DNA of 64,000 bases from an uncultured Monoglobus sp. (GTDB taxonomy: Bacteria; Bacillota; Clostridia; Monoglobales; Monoglobaceae), in contig CANQLT010000001.1 in assembly GCA_947624775.1 (NCBI GenBank), positions 2,184-66,183 on the forward strand. The letters run 5' to 3'. Under the pieces are notes generated by a model. That model was given only the letters and a program-made list of their open reading frames with translations, was not told where the DNA came from and made no database searches. This document shows, piece by piece, positions 53,639-62,715 of this stretch (positions are counted from its first letter, which is position 1; every line of letters begins with the position of its first letter). The position numbers and the translations under genes are program-made.

Positions 53639-54523
53639 TTATTTGTATTTCAGCGCCAGCAATGTGATGTCATCGTCTTGGCCGGCGTGATCCATAAACG
53701 CTATGACCTGTCTGCGTATGTACGCCGTCAGCTCTCGCATATTATGGCTGCCGTCCATGTAGGCCCTTATTACTTCGGCCAATCGGTCTGACCCGAACAG
53801 CTCATCAAAACGGTTGTGCGCCTCGGTCACGCCGTCGGTATACAAAACAAGCGCATCGCCCTTATCCAGCTTTAAATCAAATCCTTTGTATTCCATAAAT
53901 CTTTTTTTTGAGAAATATGACGCCAAAGGAATGCCGGATGTATGCTTAACAAACTCAGCCATTCCGTCCGCTTTGAGCAAAATCGGATAATTGTGCCCGG
54001 CGTTGACGCAGCGCATAACGCCTGTTTCCACATCAAATACGGCGCTCCAGGATGTAATGAATCTCTTCTGCATAGTGGACAAGCAAAGCTGCTTATTCAC
54101 CGCGTTATATGCCGTCTCTATGTCCTCGCCGGACTGCATACGCAGCTTTAACATTGATTTTGTTATCGCCATATACATCGCCGCCGGTATACCTTTTCCC
54201 TCTATATCCGATATTCCGAAATATATGTGGGATTCGTCGATTTTAAAATAGTCATAAAAATCCCCGCCAACCTCACATGCGGAATCCATATCCGCGTACA
54301 GATCAATATTCGGAAGCTCCGGGAAAGCAGGATAATCAGTCGGCAGCATACTGCGCTGAATCTGCTCCGCCACCACCTGCTCCGCTCTCATAGCCCGATT
54401 TTCTGCTATGTATTGCTCGTAAGATTTCAGTTTTTGTTTGAGAATATTATTCTCACATTTTAGAGTTTTTATTATACTGTTTTGTCTGACATTAATATTA
54501 TCACTCATTGTTTTTTCCGCCAA
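53639..54523 (-). CDS. SpoIIE/RsbU-type PP2C phosphatase
   Basis: EVGGDFYDYF, LVLYTDGVTEA and QDDDITLLAL motifs. N-terminal coiled coil. Start is ambiguous (TTG 54523 or ATG 54508). Confidence 0.85.
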   Translation of the reverse strand: MAEKTMSDNINVRQNSIIKTLKCENNILKQKLKSYEQYIAENRAMRAEQVVAEQIQRSMLPTDYPAFPELPNIDLYADMDSACEVGGDFYDYFKIDESHIYFGISDIEGKGIPAAMYMAITKSMLKLRMQSGEDIETAYNAVNKQLCLSTMQKRFITSWSAVFDVETGVMRCVNAGHNYPILLKADGMAEFVKHTSGIPLASYFSKKRFMEYKGFDLKLDKGDALVLYTDGVTEAHNRFDELFGSDRLAEVIRAYMDGSHNMRELTAYIRRQVIAFMDHAGQDDDITLLALKYK

Positions 54524-54634
54524 TCATAAATTCCAATACCTCCTCACAATTGAGAAGGTATTGATAATTAACTAAAATATTTTCCTCAACCGGCGGCATC
54601 CGCCGCTTTCTTTAGTTCTTCGTTTGACCATGTT

Positions 54635-56203
54635 CTATTCCCACAAAACGGTCATTCCGAGCGCCTCGGCAACATATCTCAGCGGCAGGTAAGTTCTGTC
54701 GTTCATCGTCACGGCGAATGTATCCATACGCGATTCAACGCCGTTAACCTCTATCGTCCTTGAGCCTATCGTAAGCGCTATAGTCGTTCCGTCTTTGTAG
54801 ATCGTCACTCTTTGAGTGGCTTCGTTCCAGTCAACATAAGCACCCAAGAATTCGGCTAAAGCTCTGACGGGCACCACTGTTCTGTCGCTAAAATCGATAT
54901 ACGGCTGAGCATCTGTAAAATTGACTTTTTCACCGTTTACGAAAATCATCACCGTGTTTCCCACCTGAGTTACCTTAACTTCTCCTCGGCCTCCCGAACT
55001 GTATGAGCCGTTCGATCCGGCTGACGAAGAATTATTCGGTTCAGGCGTGGGAGTTGATTGCAGAACGGGTGAAACAAAAGATTTGGTTTCTCCGCAGACT
55101 TCAACTCCGTTTTCTTCCACATACATCTTGTAATAATATGTTTCACCGGGTGTTAAATATATTCCCGCATCTTTATTAAAATTATATGATGGAGTGATCA
55201 TGCTTCTTCCGTATTCAATTTTATCAGAAATAACTTTGACCATATTATCCGGAGATGTTCCAAAATACAAACCTGCCTCCGCCAGACCATTACCGGAACA
55301 AGTAACAAGACCCGCTACATAACCGTCGGTTCCTGTAAAAGCGTAAGCGTCAACGGTAACTGCCTTAAGATTTGTAGTCGGAGCTTCAGGCGCAGGCTGA
55401 GGTCCCACGGTCGTGAACGACTTTGTCTCGCCGCACACCTCCACGCCGTTTTGTATCGCGTACATCTTGTAGTAATACGTTGTGCCCGGCGACAAATATT
55501 GGTTGGCCTCGCCGTTTAAGTCGTACCACAGATTAAACGGGTTTTTGCTGAAGTTAATCGCGTCATGTGCAACCTTGCTCATATTATCGGCAGAATATCC
55601 GAAATACAATCCCGCCTCAGTTGGACGATTGCCCGAATATCCCACGGAGCCGCGCACGGTTGCGTTTGTCTCCGTAATGGTATCGGCGCCGTCCGTTGAC
55701 ACCCATATATTCGATGACGGCTGCGCGGGCGCCGATCCGCCATCCGAACCCGAAGGGGCAACGCCGCCTTGCCAGCCCCATCCAACATAAGAGTTCCACA
55801 GCCACTGAGGGATCTGCTCTTTAACAACGCCCTTTTTCGCGTTTCGCGAATCAATAATGGTATTGTTGCCGGCGTAGATTCCCACGTGACCGTATGTCGC
55901 ATCAACTTCTCCGCCTATGAAATACATACACGCGCCGACCGGTATATTGTCTCTGCTGTTTGAGACGCACCACAAATTATATGCTTCTTTCGCGCTACCC
56001 GGAGATGCCGAGGCATACAGTCCCGCATATTCATAGCACGACCTTACAAATGCCTGACACTTATTCGGGAAGGCATTTGTTCCAACCTTGCTGTTCGCGT
56101 ATTCAAGGATCATATCAACTTGAGACGCGGCCGCAACCGGCGTGATCGATATAATTGGCAGTAATAAAGCAAGCAATAATGCAAAACATATAACTCTTTT
56201 CAT
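54635..56203 (-). CDS. Secreted NlpC/P60-family cell-wall hydrolase with two Ig/Fn3-like modules and a CuAO-N stalk domain
   Basis: Signal peptide, NKCQAFVRS (Cys), YGHVGIYAG (His). C-terminus DRTVVPVRALAEFLGAYVDWNE...DRTYLPLRYVAEALG. Confidence 0.8.
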   Translation of the reverse strand: MKRVICFALLLALLLPIISITPVAAASQVDMILEYANSKVGTNAFPNKCQAFVRSCYEYAGLYASASPGSAKEAYNLWCVSNSRDNIPVGACMYFIGGEVDATYGHVGIYAGNNTIIDSRNAKKGVVKEQIPQWLWNSYVGWGWQGGVAPSGSDGGSAPAQPSSNIWVSTDGADTITETNATVRGSVGYSGNRPTEAGLYFGYSADNMSKVAHDAINFSKNPFNLWYDLNGEANQYLSPGTTYYYKMYAIQNGVEVCGETKSFTTVGPQPAPEAPTTNLKAVTVDAYAFTGTDGYVAGLVTCSGNGLAEAGLYFGTSPDNMVKVISDKIEYGRSMITPSYNFNKDAGIYLTPGETYYYKMYVEENGVEVCGETKSFVSPVLQSTPTPEPNNSSSAGSNGSYSSGGRGEVKVTQVGNTVMIFVNGEKVNFTDAQPYIDFSDRTVVPVRALAEFLGAYVDWNEATQRVTIYKDGTTIALTIGSRTIEVNGVESRMDTFAVTMNDRTYLPLRYVAEALGMTVLWE

Positions 56204-56238
56204 TTTAATAACCTCTCTGCTGTATTGTTTCGATATGA

Positions 56239-57057
56239 TTACAGTTTTTCAAATGTCAAACTTTCCACTGTTTCGTCGCCTATAATTATCTTGAATCCGA
56301 TCGTGTTGGCGTCTATTGCGGTAAACTTGTATGTTCGATCTTCTCCGCTTACCTCATATGTTCCGTCTTCTTGTATATTTGCCGTCACGTTTCCGAGATC
56401 ATACTCATGGCCGTTACGTCTGGTATAACTAAAAGTAATGGAGCTTCCGTCCGCCGCAGTAATATCAAGATTCGCTATACCCTCTCTTGCGGCATCATTG
56501 GTATAGGCACGGTAGCTGCCTGCCGCAATAGTGTTAGATGCGCCGATTGTGCTTGTATTATTGATATCGCCGTTTATATACACGGTTCTCGCGCCTGCGT
56601 CCCACGTGATACTAAGTCCCGTCATGTCACAGAATGCCCTGATAGGAATGTAGAAAACATCAAAATACTGCAATGTGGCCGGCACTTCCAAAGGATACAA
56701 ATCTCCACCGCCGGTACCAACTATCGCGTTAGCGCTTTCCGCTACAAACGTGAAGGTAGCATTTGAACCGTTTTTAGTAAATGAAATTGATTTCGTTTCC
56801 GGAGAGTATGAATAATACGCCGCCTCAGCCGAACCGTCGCCTGCCGTGAAACCCAAGGCCTCAATAACAGGAACAAATCTTACCATTGTTCTGTCGTTAA
56901 CAATAATCGGCTTATATTGACCGTTATCCACAACCATACCGTTTACACAAACCGTCAAATCCTCCGAATACGACCACTGCTCAAACGCCGACGCATTCAA
57001 CGCGAAGCTCATAAGCATAGCCGCAGCTAACATGATTGAAATAATTTTTCTCTTCAT
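56239..57057 (-). CDS. Secreted protein with CuAO-N stalk domain
   Basis: Signal peptide MKRKIISIMLAAAMLMSFALNASA. NDRTMVRFVPVIEALGF and YIPIRAFCDMTGLSITWD motifs. Confidence 0.7.
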   Translation of the reverse strand: MKRKIISIMLAAAMLMSFALNASAFEQWSYSEDLTVCVNGMVVDNGQYKPIIVNDRTMVRFVPVIEALGFTAGDGSAEAAYYSYSPETKSISFTKNGSNATFTFVAESANAIVGTGGGDLYPLEVPATLQYFDVFYIPIRAFCDMTGLSITWDAGARTVYINGDINNTSTIGASNTIAAGSYRAYTNDAAREGIANLDITAADGSSITFSYTRRNGHEYDLGNVTANIQEDGTYEVSGEDRTYKFTAIDANTIGFKIIIGDETVESLTFEKL

Positions 57058-57081
57058 TTTGATAATCCCCCTTGTTAATTT

Positions 57082-57354
57082 TTATATTCTATTTAACAGT
57101 ATTTTAAACCACTTATAATTCGCCAAGGTCATTGAGGGCGCGCCTCCGGAAACATCATTCAGCTGCTTGTCGCTGAGTTCCGTATCCGTATTAGCGCTCC
57201 TAATGGCTTCACGCAGTTCATCGGACGTGATCTCCACACCGTTATCCATAAACACCTTAATTGTTTCCTCGATAGACGATACGTTTTCAAGGATCTTTAA
57301 AAACGCCTCATCTTTGTCAAGCTTTCGCAATTTTTCTTCTGTTTTCTTATCCAT
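57082..57354 (-). CDS. Bacteriocin-like precursor, Nif11/TIGR03798-type leader with double-glycine site
   Basis: Leader ...GVEITSDELREAI...ELSDKQLNDVSGG | core APSMTLANYKWFKILLNRI. GGAGG RBS. Confidence 0.75.
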   Translation of the reverse strand: MDKKTEEKLRKLDKDEAFLKILENVSSIEETIKVFMDNGVEITSDELREAIRSANTDTELSDKQLNDVSGGAPSMTLANYKWFKILLNRI

Positions 57355-57388
57355 TTTAACCTCCTGTTATCCTTCGCCGAATTGTTGA

Positions 57389-57673
57389 TCAGAATAATTT
57401 AATTTTTCTGATTTTTTCTTTGGGGCTCTTCACTTTAATTCTTATGAATCTGTCTCCATCTTTGATTAATCTCCATATACTATGGAGCGGCGCGCCTCCT
57501 GTTATGTCCCCAAGTTCGCTTTCGTCAAGCTCGCTCTTGTCCAATATTTCAACATCGGCTTCGATGCCGCTTTCAGAAAGAACAGTCGCTATTTCGGCGT
57601 CGCTCAAACCGGCAATCTTTTTTATAAAAGACGGATCCGCAAGAACTGCTTCAGTTTTACTATTATTATTCAT
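57389..57673 (-). CDS. Bacteriocin-like precursor, Nif11/TIGR03798-type leader with double-glycine site
   Basis: Leader ...DPSFIKKIAGLSDAEI...ELDESELGDITGG | core APLHSIWRLIKDGDRFIRIKVKSPKEKIRKIKLF (cationic). AGGAGGTG RBS. Confidence 0.75.
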   Translation of the reverse strand: MNNNSKTEAVLADPSFIKKIAGLSDAEIATVLSESGIEADVEILDKSELDESELGDITGGAPLHSIWRLIKDGDRFIRIKVKSPKEKIRKIKLF

Positions 57674-57715
57674 TATTTCACCTCCTAAAATAAATTCACA
57701 CGCGTTTTCAATGCG

Positions 57716-57940
57716 TTACATTTTTTTCTTCCGATTTTTCAAGTATTCCGGAAGTTCAACTTCCTTAACGGCGGCTGCGGCAAAGGAAAGCTCATCCTCG
57801 GTCAATTCACCGTTTTCGGGCTCATAAGCGTTTATTATCATATCAAGCCTGTCTTCGGTTTTGTTTCCTCTAAATTTTTGTAGTTCCGCCGCTCTTTTCA
57901 GCGCCGCAATGATATTAGGATAATCTTTTAAATTAATCAT
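57716..57940 (-). CDS. Small acidic/basic protein, possibly a degenerate third precursor or accessory factor
   Basis: 74 aa with a GGAGG RBS. ELTEDELSFAAAA aligns with the ELSxxxLxxVxGG motif of its neighbours, but with AA in place of GG. Confidence 0.5.
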   Translation of the reverse strand: MINLKDYPNIIAALKRAAELQKFRGNKTEDRLDMIINAYEPENGELTEDELSFAAAAVKEVELPEYLKNRKKKM

Positions 57941-58009
57941 TTGATATATCCTCCAAATTTTAATTTCAACGACGTATACACTTATATTTAAAAAGTGTTA
58001 CAACTTTAT

Positions 58010-60553
58010 TTATGCGATTTGTCTGCTTGCTAATTTATAAAAATAACCATGTTTATTCATCAATTCGTTGTAAGTGCCTTCTTCCGCTATTCTGCCGTTA
58101 TCCAAAACAATGATTCTGTCACAGTTTATAATAGTACTCAGTCTGTGAGCTATTACAACACGAGTTGAATTTAATTTATCAAGGCTTTGACAGATCATCG
58201 ATTGGGTCACATTATCAAGAGCGCTGGTCGCCTCGTCAAAAAACAATATCTTGGGCTTTCCGACGATCGCTCTGGCAATCAATATTCTCTGCTGCTGGCC
58301 ACCCGATATTGTTCCGCTCGATTCGCTGACTATTGTGTGCAGACCCATGGGCATCGCGTCAATATCGTCTTTAAGACCTACCTCGTCAACTGTTTCAAGC
58401 ACTCTTTTTATATCTATACCCGGAGCTGTTATGGTTATATTCTCATAAATGCTTCCGGATATCAGCTTGCCGTCCTGTAAAACAACACCCAATTTCTTGC
58501 GAAGCTCGCGCTTATCAAGGCTTTCAATATCCTTTCGATCATAATATATCTTACCGTTTTGGGGCTTTTCGAATCCTAATAAAAGCTTTAGCAAGGTAGA
58601 CTTGCCACAACCGGATGCCCCCACTATTCCCACATATTCACCCTCGGATATGTGTAAAGACAGATCTTTCAAAACCGGAGCTTTTTCATCATATCCGAAT
58701 GTTATATTGCTTATTTCAATATCGCCGCTTAAATCGCCCGGTAATTCAGTATACGTCTCAAGCTCAGGCGGCACCTCAAATATCGGTCTTATGCGTTTGT
58801 AAAACGGTTTAAGGCGGCTGACATTCAGTGTGTTGTTTACAATATCAAGAAAAGCGCCCGAAAAAGCTCCAAACGCTGAAACAAACGCTATAAACGAGCC
58901 CATAGATATGTCTATACGGCTGTGTATCATAAGATAGTAAAGCACAAGCGAAAACAAACCGTTTGCAGCAACAGAAATTGTGTTTACAATAATCCCGATT
59001 TTACCGCTTTTTATATCGACTCCACATTCCTCTGTATAAGGCTTTAAATACTCGTATAACGCCCTGTCCTCCACTCCGGCAATTCTTATTTTCGATATAC
59101 CGCTTATAAACTGATATATTATCGAACCGGTTTTTCCGCTCAATTCCATGCTCCTTTTCGCGTATTTCATAGACCTTAAGGAGAAAAGCACAATTATTAC
59201 CGCATAAACCATAAGCATAATAACAGAGGCAATCGACAGCGGCTTTGAATATCCCAACATTCTCAACAGATATACAACTGAAAAAACACATGATAATCCG
59301 GACCCCAATAATATGCTCAATATGCTGCTCACAAATCCGTTTACGCTCATTACCCTTTGAGCCAGATCGCCGCTGTCGTAGTTTCTGAAAAAACATTCGG
59401 GCAAATTAAATAATCTACTGTATGCGGCACTTTGCGCATCATATTGAATACGGCTTTGTATCCTGAAAGCGCATAAACTTTTCACCACCGAAAAAGCTAT
59501 ATTGCCAACGGAACACGCGAGTATGACACAGCATACCTGAATCACTGTATCCGAAACTCCAATCGGAATATATTCATCATATAGTTTTTGATTGAGTATA
59601 GGCGTTAATAATCCTATAAGCGATCCAATCAGCGTCATAAACAACAATAGTATTAAATCATTTATCTTAATGCTTCTGAGCGCGTATGCGACGATATCTT
59701 TAAAAGTCATTTTTTTATCGCTAAACGGCCTGTATATCATATATGCCTCAGGCGACATTTTCATTGCTTTATCTTTTTTTAACACTTCACGTTTATCTGT
59801 CGCAGGGTCATAAATATAGTATTTTGAGGGCCATTTTGTTTCGCATGAATAAGGCTCTCCTGTTTCCCTGTCAAAGACAATAAGGGGCCCTGAGTCACTT
59901 TTATGCCAATCATCGGGCAACACGACCTTGCGGCAAATAAAATGCGACAGCCGCGCTATGTCCGAAACATCGGCTTTATCCCCGCAAGACTCAGCGATTC
60001 TTTCATGCGGGGCTATGTTGATATGATTTGATTTGCATAAATGCGCCACCGCATCATATAAATTATTTTTCCTTTCACTTTTATTATCAGCTTTGTTTTT
60101 CTTGTTGAACACGTCATAAATCACATTTAAACTGTTTTCATATGCCTGCTTCTGCTCCTGCCGTGTTTTATGAATAAATCCCTGTTCTTTTATAATATTA
60201 AGTTTATAATATTCCACAAGCCCGTCATTATAGCCTTCGTTTTTATAGCTGCGTAGTTTGATTTTTTTGGCAAAATTATCTTGAATGTCGGAACTAATAC
60301 TGTTTGGATTTATTTGAATCTCTGCTCTTTCCAGCGCAACAAGACAAAAAACCCATTTTTGGCCGTCAAAATCCGTATAATTGAATGACGGTATAACGTC
60401 TCCGTGAACGGCCTCGCATATAAACAAACGTCTGCCCGGTCCTTTATTCGACACAGGCGCAATGTACACAAGCACGTTGCCGTCTTTGACCGTGTATGTT
60501 TCGGAAGCGTTTTTGCTTAAATATATTTCTCCGCCGTATAAATATTTTTTCAT
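58010..60553 (-). CDS. NHLP/NHLM-type bacteriocin ABC transporter, permease/ATPase subunit without peptidase domain
   Basis: ~280-aa N-terminal extension, 6-TM ABC exporter domain, GASGCGKSTLLKLL, ISGGQQQR. Confidence 0.85.
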   Translation of the reverse strand: MKKYLYGGEIYLSKNASETYTVKDGNVLVYIAPVSNKGPGRRLFICEAVHGDVIPSFNYTDFDGQKWVFCLVALERAEIQINPNSISSDIQDNFAKKIKLRSYKNEGYNDGLVEYYKLNIIKEQGFIHKTRQEQKQAYENSLNVIYDVFNKKNKADNKSERKNNLYDAVAHLCKSNHINIAPHERIAESCGDKADVSDIARLSHFICRKVVLPDDWHKSDSGPLIVFDRETGEPYSCETKWPSKYYIYDPATDKREVLKKDKAMKMSPEAYMIYRPFSDKKMTFKDIVAYALRSIKINDLILLLFMTLIGSLIGLLTPILNQKLYDEYIPIGVSDTVIQVCCVILACSVGNIAFSVVKSLCAFRIQSRIQYDAQSAAYSRLFNLPECFFRNYDSGDLAQRVMSVNGFVSSILSILLGSGLSCVFSVVYLLRMLGYSKPLSIASVIMLMVYAVIIVLFSLRSMKYAKRSMELSGKTGSIIYQFISGISKIRIAGVEDRALYEYLKPYTEECGVDIKSGKIGIIVNTISVAANGLFSLVLYYLMIHSRIDISMGSFIAFVSAFGAFSGAFLDIVNNTLNVSRLKPFYKRIRPIFEVPPELETYTELPGDLSGDIEISNITFGYDEKAPVLKDLSLHISEGEYVGIVGASGCGKSTLLKLLLGFEKPQNGKIYYDRKDIESLDKRELRKKLGVVLQDGKLISGSIYENITITAPGIDIKRVLETVDEVGLKDDIDAMPMGLHTIVSESSGTISGGQQQRILIARAIVGKPKILFFDEATSALDNVTQSMICQSLDKLNSTRVVIAHRLSTIINCDRIIVLDNGRIAEEGTYNELMNKHGYFYKLASRQIA

Positions 60554-60567
60554 TATTTCATTATCTC

Positions 60568-62712
60568 CTAAAGATTTTTAATAAGTCTTTGATATAAGCC
60601 GTCAACCAACGCCAACTCCTCATGCGTCCCGCGCTGTTCTATTTTTCCTCTGTTCATTACCAAAATTTGATCACAGTCCCTGATTGCGCTTAAACGATGA
60701 GCCACAATAATACATGTGCAGCCTCTGCGCTTAATGTTGTCGAGTATGCGCTTTTCGACTAACGGATCAAGCGCACTGGTCGCCTCATCCATGATTAATA
60801 TTGACGGGTTTGTCGTGAGCGCGCGTGCTATTTCAAGCCTTTGCCTCTGTCCTCCGGAAAGATTCGCAGCCCCTTCGGCAAGATAAAAATCATACGCTCC
60901 GGGCTTTGCGGTTATTACATCATGAATACACGCATCTTTTGCCGCTCTTATCATGTCGGATTCAAGAACTCCTTTGTTCCACATCGTAAGATTATCTCGT
61001 ATAGTCCCGGAAAACAGCGTAATATCTTGACTGACCGTTGAAATGCTGGCGCTGATAACGCTCTTGGGGATTTTTTCCAAACTGACTCCATCCATAAGTA
61101 TCTGCCCATCCCACGGCTGATATAAGCCGCTTATCATTTTCGACACGGTTGATTTGCCGCAGCCGGAAGCTCCCACCAAAGCAATGGAGCCGCCGCTGCT
61201 GAGCTTAAACCCGAAGTTTTTTACCAGCGGATCAGATAAGCGGCTATATCCGAACGACACATTTTTGAGCTCGACATTTCCGGAAAGTTTAGTTTGAATC
61301 ATGATTTGATCCCGATTTTCAAATTTGGAGTCAAGCGGATAATTCATGATATCTTCCACTCTGCCCATATCAGCCTTTAATGTCTGTACTTTTCTGACAA
61401 TGCCGACTAATTCGGTTACGGGTTGTGTGAATGAATTAAGGAGTGTGCCAAAGGCCACAAGCATTCCTATTGTCATTTTGCCGTTGATAACAAAGATTCC
61501 GCCTATCATAAGAACAAGGATCGTTGAGATCGACCCGGATATCTGCGGAATGATATTCAGTAGATTTTGCAGTTTATTCAATTTTTGCTCGATCATAATA
61601 TTTTTCGCGTAATTACCGAGGATCCTGCTCACATACTCATTTTCCGTTCCCGAAGCCTTTAGCGTACTCGTGATACTTATCCCGGCGCATACCGTTCCCA
61701 TAGTTTTACCTTGATCCTGCTGAAGTTTCACAGTAATATCGGAAATAGTTTTTGAACTGCATTGGAGCACAATCATCTCCACAGCAACATTAACAACTCC
61801 GATACAAGTCAGTATCGGATTATAAAGCAACAGCAAAATCAAATAAAACCCGGCAACCGTTATATTAAGAATAGTTTCTGCCAAATCTCCTGCGAGAAAA
61901 GAGCTTATATTATTATTGTTCACTACTCGTCCTGACAAATCACCGGCATAACGCTGGTCAAAAAAGCCAACCGGCAGCCTGAATAAATGTGACAAAAACT
62001 TATGCGCCGAAATCAATGTCATTTTGTTTTGCAATTTCTGTAAAATAATGCTTCTATAAAACGTCAAACCGCAATTCAAAATAATAACCGACAACATTAA
62101 AATAACAAAGCTCGAAAACCACTCAACATTGCCGCCAGAAAGAATATCATCCAAAAAAAATTGCGACAGCAGCGGAAGCATCACCCCGGGAACAACAAGC
62201 AATATTCCTAAACATACTAACTTAGCAATAGCCGAATATTGCCCTTTTAAACGAGACGTAATATTCCGCAAAAACAAATTTTTCTTTTTTTCTTTTTCAA
62301 AACTCTCCGTTGCCGAAAACGTAAGAACGATACCCGTAAAACCCTCGTCAAGCTCTTCAATGGTAAGTCTGCGTCTGCCTACAGCGGGATCGTTTAAATA
62401 CGCGTAACCGTGTTTTATTCCCTCATACACAACGAAATGATTAAAATTCCAGTGTATAATGCATGGCGGATTCAATTTCATCAAGCCGTCAAGTTCTTTT
62501 CTGTAGCCGTGACATTCAAGCCCGTATTTTTTCGCGGCGCGCATTATATTGGCGGCGTTGCATCCGTCTCTTGACACCCCGGTTTCGATCCTCATTTGCT
62601 CTAAAGCAAGATTTTTGCCGAAATATGCGAATATCATTGATAAAGAAGCCGCACCGCATTCCGTTGCTTCCATTTGATAAATTGTGGGTGTTTTGATATA
62701 ATTTGATTTCAT
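60568..62712 (-). CDS. Bacteriocin ABC transporter with N-terminal C39 peptidase domain (peptidase/permease/ATPase)
   Basis: QMEATECGAASLSMIFAYFG (Cys) and HWNFNHFVV (His) C39 motifs. GASGCGKSTVSKMI, LSGGQRQR. Confidence 0.9.
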   Translation of the reverse strand: MKSNYIKTPTIYQMEATECGAASLSMIFAYFGKNLALEQMRIETGVSRDGCNAANIMRAAKKYGLECHGYRKELDGLMKLNPPCIIHWNFNHFVVYEGIKHGYAYLNDPAVGRRRLTIEELDEGFTGIVLTFSATESFEKEKKKNLFLRNITSRLKGQYSAIAKLVCLGILLVVPGVMLPLLSQFFLDDILSGGNVEWFSSFVILMLSVIILNCGLTFYRSIILQKLQNKMTLISAHKFLSHLFRLPVGFFDQRYAGDLSGRVVNNNNISSFLAGDLAETILNITVAGFYLILLLLYNPILTCIGVVNVAVEMIVLQCSSKTISDITVKLQQDQGKTMGTVCAGISITSTLKASGTENEYVSRILGNYAKNIMIEQKLNKLQNLLNIIPQISGSISTILVLMIGGIFVINGKMTIGMLVAFGTLLNSFTQPVTELVGIVRKVQTLKADMGRVEDIMNYPLDSKFENRDQIMIQTKLSGNVELKNVSFGYSRLSDPLVKNFGFKLSSGGSIALVGASGCGKSTVSKMISGLYQPWDGQILMDGVSLEKIPKSVISASISTVSQDITLFSGTIRDNLTMWNKGVLESDMIRAAKDACIHDVITAKPGAYDFYLAEGAANLSGGQRQRLEIARALTTNPSILIMDEATSALDPLVEKRILDNIKRRGCTCIIVAHRLSAIRDCDQILVMNRGKIEQRGTHEELALVDGLYQRLIKNL

Positions 62713-62715
62713 TGA

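Noticed and set aside
57082-57673. Precursors as lanthipeptides, sactipeptides or nitrile-hydratase-leader (NHLP) peptides
   Set aside because: The cores contain no Cys and few Ser or Thr. The leaders are ~60-70 aa, of the Nif11/TIGR03798 type rather than the ~90-aa NHase-like type. No LanM/LanB, rSAM or cyclodehydratase gene is in the window.
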